Made by a program: the position numbers and the translations under genes. From positions 672,001 to 736,000 of the forward strand of contig CAVPQB010000006.1 of assembly GCA_963707505.1 (NCBI GenBank): a stretch of DNA of 64,000 nt. The letters are read 5' to 3'. Source of the stretch: an uncultured Gemmatimonadales bacterium. GTDB lineage: Bacteria > Gemmatimonadota > Gemmatimonadetes > Gemmatimonadales > Gemmatimonadaceae. Positions 20,465 through 28,807 of this stretch are shown one piece after another; the first letter of the stretch is position 1; each line of letters starts with the position of its first letter. The notes under the pieces were generated by a model. It searched no databases. It was not told the DNA's origin and saw only the letters and a list, made by a program, of their open reading frames with translations.

Positions 20465-21304
20465 TCAGTGACGTGGCGCCGGAAAGCCGGGAATCCGGCC
20501 GACATTATACGTGAGTCCCGCGTACGCAGCATTGCCTCCCATGTGCTGCACGTTCAGGATCACTCCCGCATCGAACACTAGCCACGGTCGGACTTGCAGT
20601 GTGGGACCCGCGAGGAAGCCAACTTGCGGCGGCGCGCCCGACGCTCCACTGGTCCCCGGATAAGTAAATAGCTCGACGACCGCGCCCACAGGGCCGTGAA
20701 TCGGCGCACCGAAAGATGCGGTGAGGAGCGTGGCGTCGATTGGAGCCGTAGTTCCATTGCCCGAGCGGCGCGTGTAACCCGCATTCAGATCGAGCTCTCC
20801 GCTACCGATCGGGCGGCTGGAGATAGCCAGCAGCGATACATCAGTTGTCCCGGTACTGATTCCGTCCGATCCGGTTGCGAACTTGATCGACCCCTGTACC
20901 GAAAAATCATGCACGAGAGGCGCGGCATCCAGCACACGTTGCTTGAGTGCTATCGCCATATCACTCGCACCTGCATCGCTGGTACGTGGTGGCCCTTGCG
21001 TGATATTGCGTGCGTAACCGCCCTGCAGTTCCAGCTGCAGACGCGGAACAATGCCGAGTTTGATGACCACCGGAATGGAGAATTGCGAACTGGATCTGGG
21101 CTGCATGTCTTGCGCGCCAATTTCAACCTCGAGATATCCCGGCGCGACTGTGTACGCGTGCGTCGCCACTGTAGGCCGCTCTGGCTGCGCGGCGTGCGGA
21201 TCGGTCGCGACGGTCTGGCCGGATACATGAATCGGCGCCAGCATCGTGAGCCATGCCAGGCATATGGCGCTGGCCGATCGTGGATACGCCTGGGCTCGCT
21301 TCAT
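20465..21304 (-). CDS. Putative outer-membrane beta-barrel (MetA-pathway/SphA-like transporter)
   Basis: Signal peptide, PERPTVATHAYTVAPGYLEVE, alternating strands, GLTYN near C-terminus. Confidence 0.65.
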   Translation of the reverse strand: MKRAQAYPRSASAICLAWLTMLAPIHVSGQTVATDPHAAQPERPTVATHAYTVAPGYLEVEIGAQDMQPRSSSQFSIPVVIKLGIVPRLQLELQGGYARNITQGPPRTSDAGASDMAIALKQRVLDAAPLVHDFSVQGSIKFATGSDGISTGTTDVSLLAISSRPIGSGELDLNAGYTRRSGNGTTAPIDATLLTASFGAPIHGPVGAVVELFTYPGTSGASGAPPQVGFLAGPTLQVRPWLVFDAGVILNVQHMGGNAAYAGLTYNVGRIPGFPAPRH

Positions 21305-21464
21305 CACAGCTGTCCCGATTCTACGGTGTAATTGCGCGACCGACTTGCACGAGTGACCTGACGCAGCGGCGACATGAAATCCAGAGCCTGGATAGTTTTG
21401 TGAAGGAGACCGACTCATCCAGTCGTTCTGCATCAAAAGTACAGCTCACAATCCGGGGGCACCA

Positions 21465-21662
21465 TTGCAGACGACATCGGTACTTACCTGTCCCGAATGC
21501 GCCCGCGCCGAGGCGTTGGAGATGCCGACCGACGCATGCGTCTTTTTCCACGAGTGCGCAGGCTGTGGGAAAGTGCTTCGTCCCAAGGCGGGTGACTGCT
21601 GCGTTTACTGCTCGTACGGATCGGTGCCGTGTCCGTCCATGCAGTCACAACGTACCCGTTAG
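21465..21662 (+). CDS. GDCCVxC domain-containing small protein
   Basis: CPEC, MPTDAC, CAGC, GDCCVYCSYGSVPCP signature; TTG start. Confidence 0.85.
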   Translation: MQTTSVLTCPECARAEALEMPTDACVFFHECAGCGKVLRPKAGDCCVYCSYGSVPCPSMQSQRTR

Positions 21663-21696
21663 CGGGGTCAACTTCGACACGTCAGACCGAGCTGGC

Positions 21697-22533
21697 TTAC
21701 CGGGGCATCTTCCTACCGGTGAGCGAGTACGCTTCCTCCTCCCACGGTTGATGCTTGTACGGAATTTCAGGGGTGATTAGCTGGGCAAGCGCGGGAATGA
21801 GCAGGCCAACGTCCAGATGGCGTGTAAAGCGACCACCAAGCTGCGTCTGCTCCAGAAGTCCGCGCTCGATCGGCAAGCCGATCGCGTCGTTGGCGAAGTC
21901 CTCCTGCAGAACGTGAATCGTTTCGTGAGCGAGTACATCAGCCCGCAGACGTCGGCTTGGCCCAAGTGCATCGGGTGCAAGCCGGATCGTACCGAGTCCC
22001 TCGGCGCCAGCGAGCTCGAATTTGCCCGACTCACCAAAATGCCAACGCCGGTCGCGATAAACCGGCGCGCCGGCTTGCAGCGATCGGGAAAGATCCAGGC
22101 GTGTATTGGGAGACATCATCAGACCGATGGTCGATATGCTTTCGGCGACATTCAGGCGCCAATCCAGCTGCCGGTTGGGCAGAATTACAATCGTCGCAGG
22201 ACCAACCGGAAGCAGATACACCACGGTTGAATCGCCGCCAGCCGCAACGAGCGAAATTCCCACGCCCGACAGCTCTCGTCCTACAAATCCCGCGCTCTGA
22301 AATCGAAAGTCAACAACCTGTTTTCCAGCAGCTATGACGAGGCCGCCAACCGAGCCACGTCGCACGCCTGTCCATACCGACGTGTGATGCATTGTCGCGG
22401 AGAGTGCGCCGGCAACTCCTCCAATTGCAACGTTCACGAGAGCATTTGATGCGCGCGAGTGCATCGGCACCTGCGCCCTGACCTGTGCAGCGCCGATCAA
22501 CGACGCGAGAGCGATCGGGGCTGCGAGGCGCAT
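21697..22533 (-). CDS. Hypothetical exported/membrane protein with HExxH motif
   Basis: Signal peptide, Gly-rich hydrophobic helices, LAHETIHVLQE and PWEEEAY. Confidence 0.55.
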   Translation of the reverse strand: MRLAAPIALASLIGAAQVRAQVPMHSRASNALVNVAIGGVAGALSATMHHTSVWTGVRRGSVGGLVIAAGKQVVDFRFQSAGFVGRELSGVGISLVAAGGDSTVVYLLPVGPATIVILPNRQLDWRLNVAESISTIGLMMSPNTRLDLSRSLQAGAPVYRDRRWHFGESGKFELAGAEGLGTIRLAPDALGPSRRLRADVLAHETIHVLQEDFANDAIGLPIERGLLEQTQLGGRFTRHLDVGLLIPALAQLITPEIPYKHQPWEEEAYSLTGRKMPR

Positions 22534-22697
22534 CGGCAAATGGACAAAAAGTCTCACGCTACAAGTTCCCGCCGATCGCATCGATGTGGTGAACAAAATT
22601 TCACTGTGCGAATCTGGACAGTGCTGCCAGTGCGCACTAATATGGGCGCACCGGCGCCCGATCGCGTCACGGCGGTCATCCCCAACAGGAGCATAGT

Positions 22698-24308
22698 GTG
22701 TACGCAAGACCAGGGAACCAGCGGCTCGTCACATCCGTGTGCCTCGCGCTTCTGGTCGCGGCATGCGGTGGTGGTGGTGACGGACCGACGGCGCCTGGTC
22801 CTGGTCCCAGCCAGCCCGCTCGCAATGCGCCCGGCGTGCATGCCGTGCTCGGGGCTGGTATTACCGACACCATCGATGCGCAGCCTTTACAGGCGCTCGT
22901 CGTCGAGGTGCGGGGTCCTGACGGACAGCTGGCAACCGGAGCCGTCGTTCGGTTCCAGGCACAACCGCCTGCCGACACGACGCGCCGGAATGAACCCGCG
23001 GTGTCCGTATGCGCACTCACCGCACCGACGTGCGGGCAGTCTGGCTCCGTCTCGCAGTTTACGACTGATACCACGGATGCCCAGGGGCGCGCCAAAGCCA
23101 GTGTGAGGCTGGGACACGTTGCTGGCCGAGCCGTGGTGCAGCTGACCGTGCCGGAATTCGGAATGGAGGATTCCGCGACTTTCACTGTCCTGCCAGGAGT
23201 GGCCGCGCGCGTGCGCGCTCTGGCCACCGATACAGCGCTGGCCATCGGTGCCACAGCGAACCTGCGCGGCCACGTCGTGGACCGTTACAATAACAGCCGT
23301 CCGGAAACCGCCGTTCTCTCCGCGGGTCCCGGCAACGCGCTGACGATCGATGCCACTACTGGCGTTGTTACAGGTCGAGACATGGGTACTCAGTGGGTGT
23401 TCATGCACGCCCTGCAGTCCTCCGTTGACTCGACGAGGGTGCGTGTACTGCCAAGCGGGCGGCTGGTGGTATGGTCATCCAATGAGGCCGCGGTGCGACT
23501 CGTGAACTTGGATGGCAGCGTGCCGCGCACCCTCGTTACCAGCGTCGCGAGCGATCTGGGCGCTTTCCCGCGCTTCGACGCGGCGCGGAAGGCCATCACA
23601 ATGCATGACGGGTCACAGTTCAATGGCGGGGCGCCGAATAGCGTGATCGTGATCGACACGACCGGATCACCGCGTCGCGATGTCGGACCCGCTGTCGGGT
23701 TCGCTACCGTCATCGCAACTCGGCAACTTGCCGATGGCACGCTGCTCGTCGTGGGAAGTACCGTTGCGGGCGCGCCATGCGCGGGGTTTGCGCTATATCG
23801 CGTCGCGGCGGACAATTCACTTACGTGCGTGGCCGCCCTTCCGGGATTGGGCGCCACCTATGGCGCCGCGGACATCTCACACGACGGCACGCGCGTCGCA
23901 TATGTCGGCACCGATGCTTCGCGGCCATCCTCGTCGTTCGAGCTGCGCGTCCTCGACGTTGGCACCGGCGCGACGACAGTGCTCGAGCCCACTGCCAGCA
24001 CACCTCGCTGGTCTTCAAAGGACGATCGCGTGGCGTACCTCGTACCCAATCCGGCTGTATACAACGGCATCGATGGCTCGGCGGTGATCATCAATGCGGA
24101 TGGAACCGGACGCCAGACGTTGGGCACCTTCATCTTCAGTCCGGGCCTCGCGTGGTCGCCCGACGGAACGTACATCGTTGGGCGGAACAGCGGAACGTCT
24201 GACACTGCGCTGCGCGTGATACGCATCAGCGACGGCGCTGATGTGCTGCTGCGATTCCGGACCGCCACGGGTACTACTGCGGATTACTACCAGCCCGACT
24301 GGCGCTGA
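22698..24308 (+). CDS. Lipoprotein with Ig-like domains and TolB-like propeller
   Basis: Lipobox LVAAC, TTDAQGRA Ig motif, ISHDGTRVAY and WSPDG repeats. Confidence 0.75.
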   Translation: MYARPGNQRLVTSVCLALLVAACGGGGDGPTAPGPGPSQPARNAPGVHAVLGAGITDTIDAQPLQALVVEVRGPDGQLATGAVVRFQAQPPADTTRRNEPAVSVCALTAPTCGQSGSVSQFTTDTTDAQGRAKASVRLGHVAGRAVVQLTVPEFGMEDSATFTVLPGVAARVRALATDTALAIGATANLRGHVVDRYNNSRPETAVLSAGPGNALTIDATTGVVTGRDMGTQWVFMHALQSSVDSTRVRVLPSGRLVVWSSNEAAVRLVNLDGSVPRTLVTSVASDLGAFPRFDAARKAITMHDGSQFNGGAPNSVIVIDTTGSPRRDVGPAVGFATVIATRQLADGTLLVVGSTVAGAPCAGFALYRVAADNSLTCVAALPGLGATYGAADISHDGTRVAYVGTDASRPSSSFELRVLDVGTGATTVLEPTASTPRWSSKDDRVAYLVPNPAVYNGIDGSAVIINADGTGRQTLGTFIFSPGLAWSPDGTYIVGRNSGTSDTALRVIRISDGADVLLRFRTATGTTADYYQPDWR

Positions 24309-24374
24309 AGCGGCGCGTTTGCGTCGCATAACTGCGCGCTACTCCCGCGTCACTTTCAACATATATCCCACCCG

Positions 24375-24393
24375 GGGGCTTGCGGCAAGCCCG
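24375..24393 (+). promoter_or_regulatory. Rifamycin-associated element (RAE)-like palindrome
   Basis: GGGGCTTGCGGCAAGCCCG; perfect 8-1-8 inverted repeat GGGCTTGC-G-GCAAGCCC; 17/19 match to the RAE consensus as I recall it (GGGGCTTGCGGCAAGGCCC); about 65 bp upstream of a Rox-like gene. Confidence 0.75.
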
Positions 24394-24457
24394 GGGCCTC
24401 GTCGCAGATTCGTTGGCCGAAGCCAAAACCTTATCTGCGGAAAGCGAGGCACTAGAC

Positions 24458-25957
24458 ATGACTGAACATGCGGTGGTGATTGCCGGAGCCGGCCCGACTG
24501 GACTGATGCTGGCGGGCGAACTCGCGTTGGCCGGCGTCGACGTCGCGATTGTCGAGCGGCGCGCGAGCCAGGAGCTCGCCGGTTCGCGTGCAGGCGGTCT
24601 GCAGTCGCGCACGATCGAGGTGCTCGATCAGCGTGGCATTGCGGATCGGTTTCTTTCGGAAGGACAGATCGCGCAGGTCGGAGCGTTCGCGTCGGTAAAG
24701 TTGGACATCAGCGACTTTCCCACGCGGCACCCGTATGGGCTCGGGCTGTGGCAGAACCACATCGAGCGCATCCTCGCCGGCTGGGTAGATGAGCTGAATG
24801 TGCCGATCTATCGCGAACGCGAGGTGACGGGATTTGCGCAGGACAATACCGGCGTCGCCGTTCAACTGTCCAACGGCGAGTCGCTGCGGGCGGAATACCT
24901 TGTCGGGTGCGATGGAGGACGCAGTGTGATCCGCAAGACAGCCGGCATCGAGTTCCCCGGATGGGATCCGACGATGAGCAGCCTGATCGCCGAGGTCGAG
25001 ATGACCGAGCAGCCGGAATTGGGCGTCCACCGCACGGCCGCGGGCATGTACGCGTTCGGCAAACTGGAGTACGAGATCCGCGATGGCGAGATCATCTACA
25101 AGGATGGCGGGTCGATACGCGTAATGGTGCCCGAACCGCATGTAGGGAGCACCAGCGAACCAACGCTTGGCGATCTCAGCGCGGCGCTCATCGCCGTATG
25201 CGGGACGGATTACGGATTGCGCAGTGCCACGTCGATCTCCCGATTCACCGACATGACGCGCCAGGCCGCAACTTACCGCGACAGACGCGTGCTGCTGGCC
25301 GGAGACGCCGCGCACGTGCACTCGCCAGTGGGGGGACAGGGCCTCAACACCGGTGTGCAGGACGCGGTGAACCTTGGATGGAAGCTGGCCCAGGTCGTCA
25401 GGCGGACATCACCGGCAACACTGCTGGATACTTACCACGCCGAGCGCCATCCTGTCGGGGCACGCGTGCTGCGCACCACGATGGCACAAGTTGCGCTGCT
25501 CCGCACGGACGACCGCACCACGGCATTGGGCGATGTCGTCGCCGAGCTGCTCAGGATGGACGAGCCGCACAAGCGGTTCGCAGCGAGGATGTCCGGGCTG
25601 GACATCCACTACGACTTTGGGCCGGGGCACCCGCTGCTCGGACGCCGCATGCCCGATCTCGATCTGGTCACCGCCAACGGCACGTTGCGCGTCTTTACCC
25701 TGTTGCACGATGCTCGAGCCGTGTTGCTCAACCTCGGTGAGTCCGGCGGCTTCGACATCACTCCATGGGCGGATCGGGTGCAGTTGATGGACGCCAAGTA
25801 CGATGGTGTGTGGGAGCTTCCGGCCATTGGGGCGGTCACGGCGCCCACCGCAGTTTTGATCCGGCCTGACGGATATGTGGCGTGGGTGGGAGAGCTGACG
25901 CAGGTGGGACTCGTTGACGCGCTAGCCACCTGGTTCGGAACAGCGGACGCGGCGTAA
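24458..25957 (+). CDS. FAD-dependent monooxygenase, rifampin monooxygenase (Rox)-like class A flavoprotein
   Basis: GAGPTG, VGCDGGRS, LAGDAAHVHSPVGGQGLNTGVQDAVNLGWKLA, GHPLLGRRMPD, LIRPDGYVAW; layout resembles Rox/PgaE-type hydroxylases. Confidence 0.85.
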   Translation: MTEHAVVIAGAGPTGLMLAGELALAGVDVAIVERRASQELAGSRAGGLQSRTIEVLDQRGIADRFLSEGQIAQVGAFASVKLDISDFPTRHPYGLGLWQNHIERILAGWVDELNVPIYREREVTGFAQDNTGVAVQLSNGESLRAEYLVGCDGGRSVIRKTAGIEFPGWDPTMSSLIAEVEMTEQPELGVHRTAAGMYAFGKLEYEIRDGEIIYKDGGSIRVMVPEPHVGSTSEPTLGDLSAALIAVCGTDYGLRSATSISRFTDMTRQAATYRDRRVLLAGDAAHVHSPVGGQGLNTGVQDAVNLGWKLAQVVRRTSPATLLDTYHAERHPVGARVLRTTMAQVALLRTDDRTTALGDVVAELLRMDEPHKRFAARMSGLDIHYDFGPGHPLLGRRMPDLDLVTANGTLRVFTLLHDARAVLLNLGESGGFDITPWADRVQLMDAKYDGVWELPAIGAVTAPTAVLIRPDGYVAWVGELTQVGLVDALATWFGTADAA

Positions 25958-26018
25958 TGACGTCGCTGCAGTGGCGGACCACGAGTATCGTGACTGCCGT
26001 CGTCGCCACACGTACATT

Positions 26019-26768
26019 ATGACGATGCCAAGCCGCCATTCATCCATCATTGCACCACTCGTACTCGCGACGTTTCTGGCTCTGGGCTGTGCTACAAGCA
26101 CAGCTACCAACGGGACGACTGCTGATCACACGGTCAACGATGTCAACACGCCTCGCAGTTCCGCGGCCATCCTGCTCGACCCGACGGATCCCGAGTGGCG
26201 GCGCGCGGCGCCCGCCAGGTCGCATCTCCGCTTCGAGACGACCAAGGGGGTGTTCGTGCTCGAGCTGGTGCGCGCGTGGGGACCCATCGGCGCGGACCGC
26301 CTCTACAACCTTGCTCGGCTCGGCTACTACGACGATGCGCGCTTCCATCGCGTCGTACCCGGTTACATCGTGCAGTGGGGGATCAACGGAAGCCCGGCAG
26401 TCAACGCGGCGTGGAAAGACCAGCAGATCGTCGACGATCCACCCCGCTCGCACAACGTGCGTGGCACGTTCGCTTTCTCGCAGTTTCCGCCGGGGCCGGG
26501 TCATGCGAATACCCGCAACACGGAGATCTACATCAACCTCCGGGACAATCCGCGCAGCGACGCCGAGCCGTTCACGGTGCTGGGGACGGTGATCGAGGGG
26601 ATGAACGTCCTCGACAGCCTGTATTCAGGCTACGGCGAGAAGTCAGGCGGCGGTGTGCGGCAGGGCAAGCAGGGTCCGCTGATGGATGGAGGGAATGCGT
26701 TCATGGATCGGGAATACCCGCGGCTTGACCGGATATTGAGCGTGACGGTGACGCCGGTAGAGCGCTGA
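26019..26768 (+). CDS. Cyclophilin-type peptidyl-prolyl isomerase (lipoprotein)
   Basis: FETTKGVF, FHRVVPGYIVQWG, NVRGTFAF, GTVIEGM; lipobox LALGC. Confidence 0.88.
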   Translation: MTMPSRHSSIIAPLVLATFLALGCATSTATNGTTADHTVNDVNTPRSSAAILLDPTDPEWRRAAPARSHLRFETTKGVFVLELVRAWGPIGADRLYNLARLGYYDDARFHRVVPGYIVQWGINGSPAVNAAWKDQQIVDDPPRSHNVRGTFAFSQFPPGPGHANTRNTEIYINLRDNPRSDAEPFTVLGTVIEGMNVLDSLYSGYGEKSGGGVRQGKQGPLMDGGNAFMDREYPRLDRILSVTVTPVER

Positions 26769-26868
26769 GCGAGCGGCCTACGCCGCAGATTCGTGTGGCA
26801 CTTAGATCGCATGTTGCAACACCGGGAAAACACAGCCGGTGCGGTGTTGAACGACTGCTCCACCAAAG

Positions 26869-27750
26869 TCACGTTGAGTGGATCGCGTTATCCGCTGCGT
26901 GCGCCGCATGAGTAGTTGCGGCGCCTCTCCATGCACCGATCGTGTTGCCGCGCTCGTTAGTGTAGTAACCCTGAATGGTGTAGAGCCCCGGGTTTGTCGG
27001 CGGACCCCATTTCAAGAGTATCCACGCTTCCAGGTCGCCATTTTCCTCGCCATCGTCAGCAACCCAGCCCTGACCGGGAACCTTGTCGGTGGCGGCTTCG
27101 GCTAATTCGTGAGCGTAAACGGCGGTGAAATCCCCGATCAATCCGCCACATCCCTGACACTTGGTAGAGGGAAGCACCGCGTACGCGACGGACGTGCCCA
27201 CATGGGTGAAGGCATCATGGTAACCGCAAAACGAATCACACGACTTGGATCCGTCGCTGTCGAACTCGGACGTCACGCCGTTCGGCAGAATCAGCATGAA
27301 CAACGAGTTGTCGTCAGCGTGCAGGATACCGGCATCGATGAGCTGTGCAACCGTCTGCTGAGCCTGGGAGTCCTTGAAGATTTTCTGTCCTTTTAGTGAA
27401 GGACCGTCGATGGAGCCGAGATACTTTCCCGACCCGGTTCCGTAGTGGAGTTGGTGGAGAGGATCGAGATAGCCGTTCTCCACGATCGCCTTGCTGAATC
27501 CCTCGACGAAGGCACGATTGCCCCAGAACGGGCCGAGATACACGTTCGTGGTATGCGGTTCCCCGATTTGACTCCCGGCGACGTTGTGAAATCCCTTGGC
27601 GCCCCCCGGCCCGGTTGGCGTCTGCAGCGGCCTGTTCGCCAGATCGGCGGCGTCGTCGTCGTGCAAGAGGTGCGGCCTAACGGAATTGCGCGTCGGCACG
27701 ATCTGAACGACGTTCCGCGGACCGATGCCAACCAGAGGATTCCGTGACAT
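26869..27750 (-). CDS. Hypothetical protein, Phi-1/EXORDIUM-like
   Basis: FCGYHDAF, YAVLP, AHELAEAATD, GEENGDL; GGAGG RBS. Confidence 0.55.
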   Translation of the reverse strand: MSRNPLVGIGPRNVVQIVPTRNSVRPHLLHDDDAADLANRPLQTPTGPGGAKGFHNVAGSQIGEPHTTNVYLGPFWGNRAFVEGFSKAIVENGYLDPLHQLHYGTGSGKYLGSIDGPSLKGQKIFKDSQAQQTVAQLIDAGILHADDNSLFMLILPNGVTSEFDSDGSKSCDSFCGYHDAFTHVGTSVAYAVLPSTKCQGCGGLIGDFTAVYAHELAEAATDKVPGQGWVADDGEENGDLEAWILLKWGPPTNPGLYTIQGYYTNERGNTIGAWRGAATTHAAHAADNAIHST

Positions 27751-28084
27751 TGCAGCCTCCTGATCTATCGCCGGGTTATCCGACCTTTATGTCGCAGCAA
27801 GCCGCAAATGTCAGGAAGCGGAAACGCTGCGCGCGGGACTCAGGGTCGGAGATGACAGCTGCATCAAGAATCGTGCGTTACGCAATCAGCTTGAGCACTT
27901 TGACGAACGGCTTCGAGGACCAACACGACTTTTGGATCAGCCTTCGGGGCTCACGTCATTGCCATCGCTATTCGACCCGGAAGATCCGCGGGCTACCTCG
28001 AAACACTAGACGGCGCAGTTACAGCTGTATTCGGTTAAGTGTGGAACCGGTGGTCGGCGATCGACCAGGAGACTTAGGGATCCA

Positions 28085-28783
28085 TTAGGGGAGCCCCGTC
28101 CGCGCAAGACTACGGCCGTTTCGCCGACTCATGCCGTGAATTACATCGCTCGGCTTCGGGTGCGCACCTCGCTCTAGCGAGTCACGGACGGGGGCGCAGA
28201 GGAAGGCCGCGACCAGGGATCGCGGTATTACACTCGTCCGGTCGCGGACATATACGTCACGAACGAACTCCACCGTATCCACGTGGACGCGCACGGCGAT
28301 GCTATCCGGCATCGCATCAGTAACGGGATCGCTGAAGTAGACTCGCCCGCCCGCGGCCCAGTATCGGCCCTCGCTCGGTCCCCCATCCAGCGTGTTCGGC
28401 ACTCGTCCTGTGGAGTCGACTAGATCGGCGCAGCTCATAATCTTATAGATCCTGTCCGGCGTCAGGTACAGCCAGCCGGCGAGGACACGCTCGTATGAAT
28501 CGTAGGCTCCGCGCGGTTTGAGATCAGCTGGAAGTGGCACACCTTTGGCCAGCCGGAGCACATAGACGCCCGGTTCGGGGAGGCGCACCGACTGTGGCCT
28601 CGACTGTGGTACTGCTCGGGACACCGACTGGGGCTGGTCGACGGCCCCAGTCGGTGCTTGTGTGGTGGCTGGCGGGCGGCACGACGAGAGGAATATGAGC
28701 GATCCGAGCAATCCGCCAATCGCTCGTGCAACACTCCGACGCGTCGCTGTCCCAGTGAGCCACATCGCATTGCTCCTCATCAT
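28085..28783 (-). CDS. Hypothetical lipoprotein
   Basis: Lipobox FLSSC after a hydrophobic stretch. Confidence 0.55.
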   Translation of the reverse strand: MMRSNAMWLTGTATRRSVARAIGGLLGSLIFLSSCRPPATTQAPTGAVDQPQSVSRAVPQSRPQSVRLPEPGVYVLRLAKGVPLPADLKPRGAYDSYERVLAGWLYLTPDRIYKIMSCADLVDSTGRVPNTLDGGPSEGRYWAAGGRVYFSDPVTDAMPDSIAVRVHVDTVEFVRDVYVRDRTSVIPRSLVAAFLCAPVRDSLERGAHPKPSDVIHGMSRRNGRSLARTGLP

Positions 28784-28807
28784 ATGCCAAACCCACTCAA
28801 CGACAGG

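Noticed and set aside
21465..21662. Possible selenoprotein
   Set aside because: No in-frame TGA; the ORF ends in TAG.
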